Assembly (NCBI GenBank): GCA_041747335.1
Contig: JBGTFI010000545.1
Location: 1-28,151 of the forward strand
Length of the DNA stretch: 28,151 nucleotides
Origin: Phycisphaeraceae bacterium
GTDB lineage: Bacteria > Planctomycetota > Phycisphaerae > Phycisphaerales > Phycisphaeraceae
Direction: 5' to 3'
In this document: one piece after another, positions 17,894 to 26,340 of the stretch
How positions within the stretch are numbered: position 1 is the stretch's first letter
Layout of the letters: every line of letters starts with the position of its first letter
Made by a program: the position numbers and the translations under genes
The notes under the pieces: model-generated
Database searches by the model: none
The model's input: the letters and a program-made list of their open reading frames with translations, nothing else
Told to the model about the DNA's origin: nothing

Positions 17894-18310
17894 ATGACGA
17901 AAGGCAAGCGCATGGCCGTGGTCGGCAGGATCGTCAAGTCCGTCACGTTGGCAGTTCTCAGCGGCGCACTGTTGGCCGGGTGCTCCGGACAGATCTCAGT
18001 CGGTCCGGGAGCGGGGTCGTCCCCGGCCGGGGCGCGCGTCGCCCAGGGCCCGCCCGCCCACGCACCGGCGCACGGCTACCGGCGGAACTTCCAGTACCGC
18101 TACTGGTCGAAGCAGGATGTCTATTACGACCTGCAGAACCGTCAGTACGTCTGGTTTGACGCGGGCGTCTGGCGCGTCGGGGTGACTTTGCCCGATCGCT
18201 TCCGCATCGATCCCGAAGGCGGGATGTTCATGGAAAGCGAGACTCCCCTGCCGTGGCTCGATCGCGGCGAACCGCGCGGCCGGGGAGTGATCGCGGGGTA
18301 TTACGAATAG
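17894..18310 (+). CDS. Putative lipoprotein, about 138 aa
   Basis: Lipobox LLAGC after a hydrophobic stretch; GPPAHAPAHGYR motif and an aromatic beta-hairpin (YRYWSKQDVYYD). The start is ATG 17894 or 17912; the ORF-track extension to 17696 is probably not coding. Confidence 0.7.
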   Translation: MTKGKRMAVVGRIVKSVTLAVLSGALLAGCSGQISVGPGAGSSPAGARVAQGPPAHAPAHGYRRNFQYRYWSKQDVYYDLQNRQYVWFDAGVWRVGVTLPDRFRIDPEGGMFMESETPLPWLDRGEPRGRGVIAGYYE

Positions 18311-18347
18311 CGGTAGATGGTCACCTCACGCCGCCCGGCGGATCCGT

Positions 18348-20129
18348 TCAGCGTTCCACCAGTTCCGGCTCCCAGCTTCCGTCGAGGAAGCCCTGGAGCT
18401 TGCGGGCGCGGACGGGGTGCTGGAGCTTGCGGATGGCTTTGGCCTCGACCTGGCGGACGCGCTCGCGGGTGACCTTGAAGATGCGCCCGACCTCTTCGAG
18501 GGTGTAGGTGTACCCGTCGCCGATGCCGTAGCGGAGCTTGATGATCTCGCGTTCGCGGTAGGTCAGCGTCTTGAGCACCTGCTCGATGCGGTTGGAGAGC
18601 ATCTCCTGGGCGGCGGTGTCGGTGGGGTTTTCGGCCGACTCATCTTCGATGAAGTCGCCGAAGTAGGAGTCCTCCGATTCGCCGACGGGTCGGTCGAGGC
18701 TGATCGGGTGCCTGCTGATCTTCATCACCCTTCGCGCCTCGGCGACGGGCATGTCGGCGGACTCGGCGATCTCTTCGATGGTGGCCTCGCGTCCGAGCTG
18801 CTGGAGGAGGTTCTTGGCGATGTTGCGCAGCTTGCTCATCGTCTCGATCATGTGTACGGGGATGCGGATGGTGCGGGCATGATCGGCGATGGCGCGGGTG
18901 ATGGCCTGGCGGATCCACCAGGTGGCGTAGGTGGAGAACTTGTATCCGCGCTTGTACTCGTACTTGTCCACCGCGCGCATCAGGCCGGTGTTGCCCTCCT
19001 GGATGATGTCCAGGAACGACAGCCCGCGGTTGCGGTACTTCTTGGCGATGGAGACGACCAGCCGGAGGTTGCCGCCGGAGAGGTCGCGCTTGGCCTGCTC
19101 GTACTCGTCGAAGACCATGGTGATGTCCGCGACGCGGGCGGTGAGCGCTTCGGGCTCTTCCAGGACCAGCGAGCGCAGCCCGGAAAGCTCCTCGCGCATG
19201 ACCATGATGTCTTCGGGGTCGTAGCGGTCGGGGTTCTTCTGGGCGTCGGCGAGTGTGCGGCGAAGCTCGTTCTGCTTGTCGCGGATGGCGCGGAGTTTCT
19301 TGAGAAGCGGCTGAATGCGGCTGGTGCGGAGGGACAGTTCCTCAATGAGGGTCGCCATCTTGCGGCGGCGCCAGCGGATGTCGCGCTGGATGGATTCGAT
19401 GAGGGCCTTGCTCTTTCGGCCCGGCTCTTCGAGCTGCTCCCAGGCCTGGCGATTGAGTTCGAGCAGGCGCTTGACGGTCTTGAGGTTGACGGGGATGCGG
19501 GCGGCGATCTTGCCCTTGGCGTCCTCCTCGGCGGTGGAGATCTTCATCGTGCGGTCGAAGGGCAGGTCGCCGGCGTGGACCATTTCGAGCGTTTCGACCG
19601 CGGCGCCGATGGAGTAGTCGTTTTCGAGCACCTTGCGGCGGAAGATCATCCGGCAGGTCTCGATCATCTTCGCCAGGCGGATCTCCTCCTCGCGGGTGAG
19701 CAGGCTGATCTCGCCCATCTGCGTGAGGTACATGCGCACGGGGTCGTCGATGCGGCGGGTCTGCGCTTCCTGAAGCGCCTCGGCCAGGTCGGCCTTGACC
19801 TGCTCGATGTCGATCGGTTCGCCGTCGTCGCCGTAGACCGGTTCAGGGTCGATGTCGAGCTTGCGGGGCGCGGGGGCGGGCCTGGCTTCGAGAACGTTGG
19901 CGGGCGCCTGGGCCGCGTGGCGCGGAGCGCTCTTCTGGTCGATCATCCGGATGCCCAGCCCCTCAAGCACCACCAGCAGCTCGTCGACCTTGATCGGATC
20001 GACGTACTCATCGGGCAGAAGCGTGTTGAGCTCGTCGTAGGTGATGTAGCCCCGCTGCTTGCCGTATTCAATCAGCTCGCAGACCGCGGGGTGGGTCAAC
20101 GTTTTCATCGTGGTGTCGATCATGACCAT
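18348..20129 (-). CDS. rpoD: Primary RNA polymerase sigma factor (sigma70, RpoD/SigA)
   Basis: Region 1.1 ([13 protein letters not shown]), 1.2 (DDPVRMYL), a non-conserved region, 2.x ([28 protein letters not shown]) and 4.2 ([20 protein letters not shown]). The start is ambiguous (20129, 20123 or 20108). Confidence 0.97.
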   Translation of the reverse strand: MVMIDTTMKTLTHPAVCELIEYGKQRGYITYDELNTLLPDEYVDPIKVDELLVVLEGLGIRMIDQKSAPRHAAQAPANVLEARPAPAPRKLDIDPEPVYGDDGEPIDIEQVKADLAEALQEAQTRRIDDPVRMYLTQMGEISLLTREEEIRLAKMIETCRMIFRRKVLENDYSIGAAVETLEMVHAGDLPFDRTMKISTAEEDAKGKIAARIPVNLKTVKRLLELNRQAWEQLEEPGRKSKALIESIQRDIRWRRRKMATLIEELSLRTSRIQPLLKKLRAIRDKQNELRRTLADAQKNPDRYDPEDIMVMREELSGLRSLVLEEPEALTARVADITMVFDEYEQAKRDLSGGNLRLVVSIAKKYRNRGLSFLDIIQEGNTGLMRAVDKYEYKRGYKFSTYATWWIRQAITRAIADHARTIRIPVHMIETMSKLRNIAKNLLQQLGREATIEEIAESADMPVAEARRVMKISRHPISLDRPVGESEDSYFGDFIEDESAENPTDTAAQEMLSNRIEQVLKTLTYREREIIKLRYGIGDGYTYTLEEVGRIFKVTRERVRQVEAKAIRKLQHPVRARKLQGFLDGSWEPELVER

Positions 20130-20209
20130 CGATCCAGGCTCCAGTCGTCTGTTTGCGTGTGCGTCCAACTTCTTCCCGTTCCCGGCGTCACTTCGGCGTC
20201 ATCCCGTCG

Positions 20210-22147
20210 TCAGCGGGTGATTCTCGCCGCGGCGCTGCGCCGCAGGTGGTGCTCCTGCACCCGCCGCAGCAATTCATCTTCCTCCAGTTCCCTCTGTGCG
20301 TCGCGGGGCGCGTCCGCCGCGCCGACGCGATCCTCCCGCACCGCGGTCAACCTCCGCCTCGCGAGGTGATACCCCGGTTCGTCCGTCCGTCGGACGATCG
20401 CCTCCACCACGTCCGCCAGGCAGGCGCGAAGCTGCGCATCGTCGTTGGCTGTGAGGGTCTCGACCTCGTGCTCGGCGGCGGTCGCCAGGGCGGCGAGCGA
20501 CTCTTCGCCGCGCTGGGCCAGTTCGGCGAGCACATCGGCGAGCGTCATGGAGGGGCGCTCGGCCAGCCAGTCGTACATCATTTCGTACAGTTTCCGGCAG
20601 CCGGGATCGCCCAGCAGGGTCGGGGGCAGCGTTTCATCCAGAGGTCTGCCGTCGCCGAGCGGTTCGTGGAACAATTCCGGCAGACGCAAGAGACAGCCGA
20701 TCAGTTGCCGCTCGGCGTGCGGCAAGGCCCTAATCGTAGGAGTGTTTTCCTCCAAGGCAAGGTCCGATAGGGCGTTTCCGTTGGCAGCTGAGTTCGCTTC
20801 CCCTGAGGTGCCCACGAATGCGGGCGCGGGGCGCCTGCCGTTGCTGATGACCTTCGCCAGTTCCGCCTGTTCCATACCCAGCATGGCCGAGAGCTTCTGG
20901 AGCACCATCGCCCGCCTCATGCCCCGGAGGCTGGTCAACCCCAGCCCGCCGAGCTGCTCGAGGAAGTCCTCCGCGATGCGCTGGCGACCGGCGATCGAGG
21001 GGGCCGCATCGAAGCGGGCTTTCATCCGGGCGAAAAGGTAGTCCAGGGCGTCGGAGGCTTTCTGGAGCATGGCCCGCCACTGCTCGGCGCCGTCGGCCTC
21101 GGTCAGGAGGTCGGCTGGGTCTTTTCCGCCGGGGAGGATCGCCACCTGGACATCGAGCTTTTCGGTGAGGAAGACGCGCACGGCCGATTCGGCGGCGCGT
21201 TGCCCGGCCTCGTCGCCGTCGAAGACCAGGATGACGCGCTCGGCGATGTGGCGAAGCTGCCCGATGTGCTCGCGGGTGAAGGCGGTTCCGAGGGTGGCCA
21301 CGACGTTCGCCTCGCCCGCCTGGTGGCAGGCGATGACATCGGTGTACCCCTCGACGATCACGGCCGTGCGGCTCTTGATGATCGGTTGCTTGGCCAGGTG
21401 AAGCCCGTAGAGCGTGGAAGACTTATGAAAGAGCGCCGTTTCGGGGGAGTTGAGGTACTTGGCATCCGACTTGTCGCCGATCGTGCCTCCCGGAAGGACG
21501 CGCCCGCCGAAGGCGATCGGCCGGGACAGCCCGTCCAGAATGGGAAAGATCAGTCGGTGTCGCAAGCGGTCGTACATCCCGCGATCGCCCTGCACGATCA
21601 GTCCCGCCTTCTCAAGGCTGGACCTGTCCCACCCGCGTGAGGCGGAGGCGCGGGCCAGGCCATCCCACGCATCGGGCGCGTACCCGAGCATGAACGCCTC
21701 GATCATCGCTTCGCTGATGCCCCGTGAAGTGATGTAATCCCTTGCGATTCGCCCCTGAAGCGGGTCTTTGAGGAGCTTGCGGTAGAAGGCCATGGCTTGG
21801 TCGTTGGCCTGGGCGATGGCCTCGCGTTCGCTGCGACCGGGGCCGCCCTGGGAGAAGGTCGCGGGCATTTCGATCCCGGCGCGTTCTGCCAGGTGGCGCA
21901 GCGCGTCGGGGAAGGACATCTTGTGGAACTTCATCATCCAACTGAAGGCGTCACCGCCGGTCTGGCAGACGAAGCAGTGGAAGATCTGCTTGTGGGGGAT
22001 GATCGAGAGGGAGGGGTTGGAATCGTCGTGGAAGGGGCACAGGGCCTTGAACTCGCGTCCGGCGGGGCGCAGGGAGATGGCCTCGCCGATGAGCGCGACG
22101 ATATCGGTCGCCTGCTGCACACGATTTTTCAGTTCGTCCCGATTCAC
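20210..22147 (-). CDS. dnaG: DNA primase
   Basis: Zn-binding CPFH...CFVC, FPI...IAFGGR, KYLNSPET, Toprim IVEGYTDV and FDGDEAG. Confidence 0.97.
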   Translation of the reverse strand: MNRDELKNRVQQATDIVALIGEAISLRPAGREFKALCPFHDDSNPSLSIIPHKQIFHCFVCQTGGDAFSWMMKFHKMSFPDALRHLAERAGIEMPATFSQGGPGRSEREAIAQANDQAMAFYRKLLKDPLQGRIARDYITSRGISEAMIEAFMLGYAPDAWDGLARASASRGWDRSSLEKAGLIVQGDRGMYDRLRHRLIFPILDGLSRPIAFGGRVLPGGTIGDKSDAKYLNSPETALFHKSSTLYGLHLAKQPIIKSRTAVIVEGYTDVIACHQAGEANVVATLGTAFTREHIGQLRHIAERVILVFDGDEAGQRAAESAVRVFLTEKLDVQVAILPGGKDPADLLTEADGAEQWRAMLQKASDALDYLFARMKARFDAAPSIAGRQRIAEDFLEQLGGLGLTSLRGMRRAMVLQKLSAMLGMEQAELAKVISNGRRPAPAFVGTSGEANSAANGNALSDLALEENTPTIRALPHAERQLIGCLLRLPELFHEPLGDGRPLDETLPPTLLGDPGCRKLYEMMYDWLAERPSMTLADVLAELAQRGEESLAALATAAEHEVETLTANDDAQLRACLADVVEAIVRRTDEPGYHLARRRLTAVREDRVGAADAPRDAQRELEEDELLRRVQEHHLRRSAAARITR

Positions 22148-22401
22148 ACTGATGCGCCAGCACGACGGGCGGGGGCAGCCCGCGCCGTCTCAACGCCACT
22201 CTGTGAACAATCTGGAGCGGAAAGGTTCGCTGGTGCAATCGGCCGGGGTCATTGACGCCATGGCCCGAATTGTTGAACCCCGCTGCGTTTACACGCCTGA
22301 CTAAGCATTGTCCGCCTCGCGGCGGAAGTCAAACCCCGGATGTCAAAATGGACGAAATCGAGCGGATTTACCGGTCCGGCAAGGGGGGCTGTCCCGGCCG
22401 G

Positions 22402-22677
22402 TCAGCCCTGATCCTGGGCCTCGGGGGTCTTGTAGGCGTACCGCCGCTTGAGGGGCTTGACGACCAGCCCCTGTTTCATGGCTTTGGCCGAGACCTTGAT
22501 CCGCATGACCGAGCCGTCGACCAGGGCCGAAACGGTCTGGATATTGGCCCGGAACTTGCGTTTGGTCTTTCCGGTGACCTTGGTGCCCACGCCGCCCAGA
22601 TACTTGGCCTTGCCGCGGTGGGTATAGGTGTTCCCGGAGGAGGTTCGGCGGCCGGTGAAGTAGCAGACTCGTGGCAT
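22402..22677 (-). CDS. rpmB: 50S ribosomal protein L28
   Basis: RGKAKYLGGVG.K.TG...RKFRANIQ and RIKVSAKAMK match the long L28 type. Confidence 0.95.
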   Translation of the reverse strand: MPRVCYFTGRRTSSGNTYTHRGKAKYLGGVGTKVTGKTKRKFRANIQTVSALVDGSVMRIKVSAKAMKQGLVVKPLKRRYAYKTPEAQDQG

Positions 22678-22740
22678 GGCGGAGGTTCCTCAGATCCGGG
22701 CGGGCGCGGACGAAGCCCGCCGCCGATCGGAAAGCGGGGC

Positions 22741-22769
22741 ATTGTAGCGGTCAGGCGGAGGGATGCAAA
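22741..22769 (-). promoter_or_regulatory. Sigma70-type promoter of rpmB
   Basis: Minus strand TTGCAT (22768-22763), 16 nt, TACAAT (22746-22741). Confidence 0.6.
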
Positions 22770-22801
22770 CGGGGGGAGGGGGACACAGTTCGCGGGTTCG
22801 C

Positions 22802-22835
22802 GGTGCCATGGCCTCGTCCTCGTGGCTATGTGGCC
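22802..22835 (+). repeat. REP-like palindrome family B, degenerate copy
   Basis: GGTGC-CATGGCC-N10-GGCTATG-TGGCC shares the left flank of the 9036 copy and the TGGCC tail of the 26266 copy. A left-arm-only copy (CATGCCCACGCT) lies at 22914-22925. Confidence 0.55.
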
Positions 22836-23086
22836 GGCCGGTCTGGGATTGGACCGGGGGAGCGGTTTAAGCAGGCTTCGATGCGTGTCTGGATTTGGGG
22901 GTCCGTGGGGCTACATGCCCACGCTCGGCGAGGGTTCGCCACGGGCGAATCTCGCCTAGGTGGATATGGCACTCGCGGGCAAGCCCAGGCAGAAGTTCTC
23001 AGCCGTTCGCCGCAATGCGGAGTCTGCACCCGACCGGCCCGGATTCGGATAGTCGGGCATGGACAAAGGAGGGAAGTCAAGGCAGG

Positions 23087-24763
23087 TCACTCGACCTCGA
23101 TTACCAACTCTGCATGATCCACTGGATCCAGAGTCAACTGACGACTCACCCACTGCTCTCGGGCCAACGGATCGGATTCTATGAGCCGCTGGATGGCCAG
23201 CGTCTCACGGTACTCGCGTGCTTCGGCAACCATCGTCCACTTCGCGTCGATGCCCAACTGATCGATCTCACGTCGGATGTCTGAAAGGCTAGCGCGGAAG
23301 AACTCCTTACGGTGGTTTACCTTATTGACCTGGCTCGTGACGAAGTGCTTGTGAAGTCGGGTCTCGAGTGCAGGCGCATCGTCGCTCAAAATGATCGCAT
23401 GCACGTCGAACTCGAACGGGACACTGGCGTCGCCAAGTTCCTTGACGCGGTCCAATGGCTCGAGACGCCGAGTAAGGCCGATCTTGTAGACATCCTCACC
23501 AAACGAGCCGACGTTGGAGATTATGTAGACATGGCCACGACGGGTTTGCTGGGCCATCGAGATCGCCCTTTGGTTCCGTTCCTCGGCCTCCTGCAGCCTG
23601 GTATTCAGCTCAGCAAGCTGCGCCTCGAACTGAGCCCGCTGTTCCTCCGTCGCGGCGGCAATCTGCGCCTGCGCCCGCGCCATGGCGTTTCGCAGCATAT
23701 CCTGTTCCCTTGCGGCCTCACGCATTGCTTTCTCATACTCGCGGCGCGCCTTCTCTTCCTCGCGGATCTGCTCTCGGATGCGCCGTTGTTCTTCCTGCTC
23801 CTCCCTCTTCAATTCCTGGGCGATTGAAGCCCACTTCAGTTCGGCCATGCGCGAGGCGAGGTATTCGTCGGTAATCCGGGCTTCGCGGAACGGTCTTCCC
23901 CCGAAATTAACGATTGTGAATGCATCGTTGATCTCCTGTTCGAGTTTCCCGAGGTTGTCGTGGCGGACACGACAGAGAATAGAGTCGACCTTTCCATTGA
24001 ACGCGTCCAACACGAACCGCTCTGCACCCTCACGACGGACGGACTCGACATACTCACAACGTGAAGCCTGGCCGTTCTTGATCAGCGCCTTGGTGTGGTC
24101 ACGAGCATGCTTCAACTGCCGCCCCGCATCATTGTGTGAAAACTCGTCCGCCAGATCATCGAGCAGGCTCTCGGCCGGCTTGAGGTACTCGTCTCCGTAT
24201 CCCTCGATGACATTCTTCATCGCTCGGGCTGTACGTTCATACAAATCCGCGTTCTGGACAGCGTCGTACGCCCTGCCGGCGATCTCCACCGCCTTCTTGT
24301 TGGCGTCAGCAACGATACGCATGGATCTCTCGGTCGCGGCCACAATCGCCGCCTGAGCTTCCTCTGTAAGCTGCTTCGCCTTGGCGCGGGCCTCTGAGGT
24401 CGCCTTTTCCGCCTCGGTCTTGGCCTCTTCGATCATCGCCTGATAGAGTTGCTCGGCGTTCGTTGTCAGTATCTTCGCATCAGCCTCGGCTTGGGTGAGC
24501 GTTGACCGCGCCTCAATGAGGATCAGACGAGCCTGTTCGTCGGCATCCGCAACGACTGCCCACTTTGCGAGTCTGGCGACCTGTGCGCGAAGTTTCTCAG
24601 TTTCCGCTCCGAGTTCACGTTGTTTGGCCTCCGTCGATGATCTGAACGCCTGCGCTTCCCTTTCAGCGGTGCTCGCCGAGGACCGTTCTTGCAACCATAG
24701 CACCGCTAGACACACACAGCTCGCCAGCGCGAAGACTAGCAGAATGCCGAGAAGTATTGCCAT
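23087..24763 (-). CDS. N-terminally membrane-anchored coiled-coil DUF4041 / T5orf172 (GIY-YIG-like) protein, about 558 aa; PD-lambda-1-like candidate
   Basis: SD GGAG before ATG 24763; TM segment AILLGILLVFALASCVCLAVLWL; long coiled coil; C-terminal GHVYIISNVGSFGEDVYKIGLTRRLEPLDRVKELGDASVPFEFDVHAII...NKVNHRKEFF. Atypical codon usage. Confidence 0.88.
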   Translation of the reverse strand: MAILLGILLVFALASCVCLAVLWLQERSSASTAEREAQAFRSSTEAKQRELGAETEKLRAQVARLAKWAVVADADEQARLILIEARSTLTQAEADAKILTTNAEQLYQAMIEEAKTEAEKATSEARAKAKQLTEEAQAAIVAATERSMRIVADANKKAVEIAGRAYDAVQNADLYERTARAMKNVIEGYGDEYLKPAESLLDDLADEFSHNDAGRQLKHARDHTKALIKNGQASRCEYVESVRREGAERFVLDAFNGKVDSILCRVRHDNLGKLEQEINDAFTIVNFGGRPFREARITDEYLASRMAELKWASIAQELKREEQEEQRRIREQIREEEKARREYEKAMREAAREQDMLRNAMARAQAQIAAATEEQRAQFEAQLAELNTRLQEAEERNQRAISMAQQTRRGHVYIISNVGSFGEDVYKIGLTRRLEPLDRVKELGDASVPFEFDVHAIILSDDAPALETRLHKHFVTSQVNKVNHRKEFFRASLSDIRREIDQLGIDAKWTMVAEAREYRETLAIQRLIESDPLAREQWVSRQLTLDPVDHAELVIEVE

Positions 24764-24795
24764 GCGGAATCTCCAAAAATGGCCCAGAATTTTTA

Positions 24796-24825
24796 AGCTT
24801 ACCAGCCAATGACCTCCATCTGCAA
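24796..24825 (-). promoter_or_regulatory. Promoter of the DUF4041 gene
   Basis: Minus strand TTGCAG (24825-24820), 18 nt, TAAGCT (24801-24796), with an extended -10 TGn. Confidence 0.45.
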
Positions 24826-24932
24826 CCGCGTTGCTGAGCCACGAGAGCGGATGGCCCATCCAACTGAACGGCGCTCCACCAGCCAACTGGGGTAAATGCC
24901 TTCACCCTGCATATTGCCCGACCCCCGCCCCC

Positions 24933-24961
24933 TTGCCTCTCCGAACCACCCACCCGATAAT
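24933..24961 (+). promoter_or_regulatory. Sigma70-type promoter of argD, leaderless geometry
   Basis: TTGCCT (24933-24938), 17 nt, GATAAT (24956-24961), 6 nt, ATG 24968; no SD. Confidence 0.6.
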
Positions 24962-24967
24962 CCCTCC

Positions 24968-26239
24968 ATGCCCACGCAGGATTTCACAGTCGGGCAGTGG
25001 ATCACCCACGCCCACGACCGGTTCATGTCGCTCAACTATACGCGCTACCCGATCGCCATCGTGCGCGGGCGGGGGTGCGAGCTTTACGATGCCGACGGCA
25101 GGCGGTATCTCGACCTTTTCGCCGGGTTCGGGGCGGGGATCCTTGGCCACTGCCATCCGGACCTCGTCGAGGCGGTGATCGAGCAGGCGCGGACGCTGTG
25201 GCACGTGGGCAACCTGCTGCACACTCAGCCGCAGACGCTGCTGGCTGAGCGCATCGCCAAGCACGGGTTCGGGGGGCGATCGTTCTTCTGCCACAGCGGC
25301 GCGGATGCGAACGAGGCGGCCATCAAGCTCGCGAGGCTGTACGGCAAGGCCCACCCCGGGCCGGGCGGGGTCAAACGATTCAAGATCATCACCGCACTGG
25401 GCAGCTTCCACGGGCGATCGTTCGGGACGATGGTCGCCACGGGGCAGAACAAAGTCCGCGAAGGGTTCGAACCACTGCTCGAAGGCTTTTCGCACGTGCC
25501 GTTCAACGATCTTGAAGCGCTGCGGGCGGCCATCGACGACCAGACCGTGGCGGTGATGCTCGAACCGATCCAGGGCGAGGGCGGAGTGAACATCCCGGAT
25601 GATGATTACCTGCTGAAGGTGCGCAGGCTCTGCCGCGAGCGGGATGTGCTGCTGATCGCGGATGAGGTGTGGACCGGTTGCGGGCGGACGGGCAAGTATT
25701 TCGCGTACCAGCACTGGATTCATCGCCGCGATGAATCGCCGGACATCATGACGCTGGCCAAGGGGGTGGGCGGCGGGCTGCCGGTGGGGGTGATGTGCGC
25801 CCGCCCGGAGATCGCCGAGCTTTACAACGCTCGCACGCAGGGGGGCGTGAAACATGCGACGACGCTGGGGGGCAACTGCATCGCGATGGCGGCGGCCCAC
25901 ATGCTCTTTCAGGTGCTCGAGCGCGACAGACTCGTCGATCATGCGGCGTCACTGGGCAAGTATGCCCTGGACCGGATGCGGCGGTGGGTGCGGGAGATCC
26001 CGGCGGTGAAGGCGGCGCGGGGGCGGGGGCTGTTCCTGGGCCTCGAGATCGACCCCAACGCCCACGGCGCGTGGTTCAAGGCCGGGGCGGACGTGGTGGG
26101 CAGGTGCCTTGAGCACGGGCTGCTCATCAACGCCGCGCAGCAGAGCATTCTGCGGCTGGCGCCGCCGCTGATCATTGACCGGGAACAGCTTGATGAGGGC
26201 CTGGACCTTCTTGAGAGCATCCTTCGCGGGAGCGCATGA
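24968..26239 (+). CDS. argD: Acetylornithine aminotransferase (class III PLP)
   Basis: YLDLFAGFG, SGADANEAAIKLAR, SFHGRS, MLEPIQGEGG, LIADEVWTGCGRTG, TLAKGVGGG, LRLAPPL. ArgD is inferred from argB/argF in the window. Confidence 0.88.
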   Translation: MPTQDFTVGQWITHAHDRFMSLNYTRYPIAIVRGRGCELYDADGRRYLDLFAGFGAGILGHCHPDLVEAVIEQARTLWHVGNLLHTQPQTLLAERIAKHGFGGRSFFCHSGADANEAAIKLARLYGKAHPGPGGVKRFKIITALGSFHGRSFGTMVATGQNKVREGFEPLLEGFSHVPFNDLEALRAAIDDQTVAVMLEPIQGEGGVNIPDDDYLLKVRRLCRERDVLLIADEVWTGCGRTGKYFAYQHWIHRRDESPDIMTLAKGVGGGLPVGVMCARPEIAELYNARTQGGVKHATTLGGNCIAMAAAHMLFQVLERDRLVDHAASLGKYALDRMRRWVREIPAVKAARGRGLFLGLEIDPNAHGAWFKAGADVVGRCLEHGLLINAAQQSILRLAPPLIIDREQLDEGLDLLESILRGSA

Positions 26240-26265
26240 ACGGATCGGGATTCATCCACCTGAAA

Positions 26266-26310
26266 TGCCTTGGGGGGGGCCATGCCCTCGCGCAGCGCGG
26301 GCATGTGGCC
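26266..26310 (+). repeat. REP-like palindrome family B, copy 2
   Basis: TGCCTT-G8-C-CATGCCC-TCGCGCAGCGC-GGGCATG-TGGCC. Confidence 0.75.
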
Positions 26311-26340
26311 CGCGGGCCGCATCGGGGCGGCGTTGCACCG

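Noticed and set aside
18417-20369. 650-aa plus-strand ORF antisense to rpoD
   Set aside because: Typical antisense shadow of a highly biased gene; the V/L/D/G-rich composition mirrors the rpoD codons.
22780-23086. Possible tRNA or attachment site in the GC-rich intergenic region
   Set aside because: No cloverleaf, T-loop (GTTCRA) with a matching stem or CCA end; only REP fragments and imperfect hairpins.
24780-24890. Possible integron attC site or cassette boundary beside the DUF4041 gene
   Set aside because: No convincing RYYYAAC...GTTRRRY pair with paired L boxes could be found by eye on either side of the gene.
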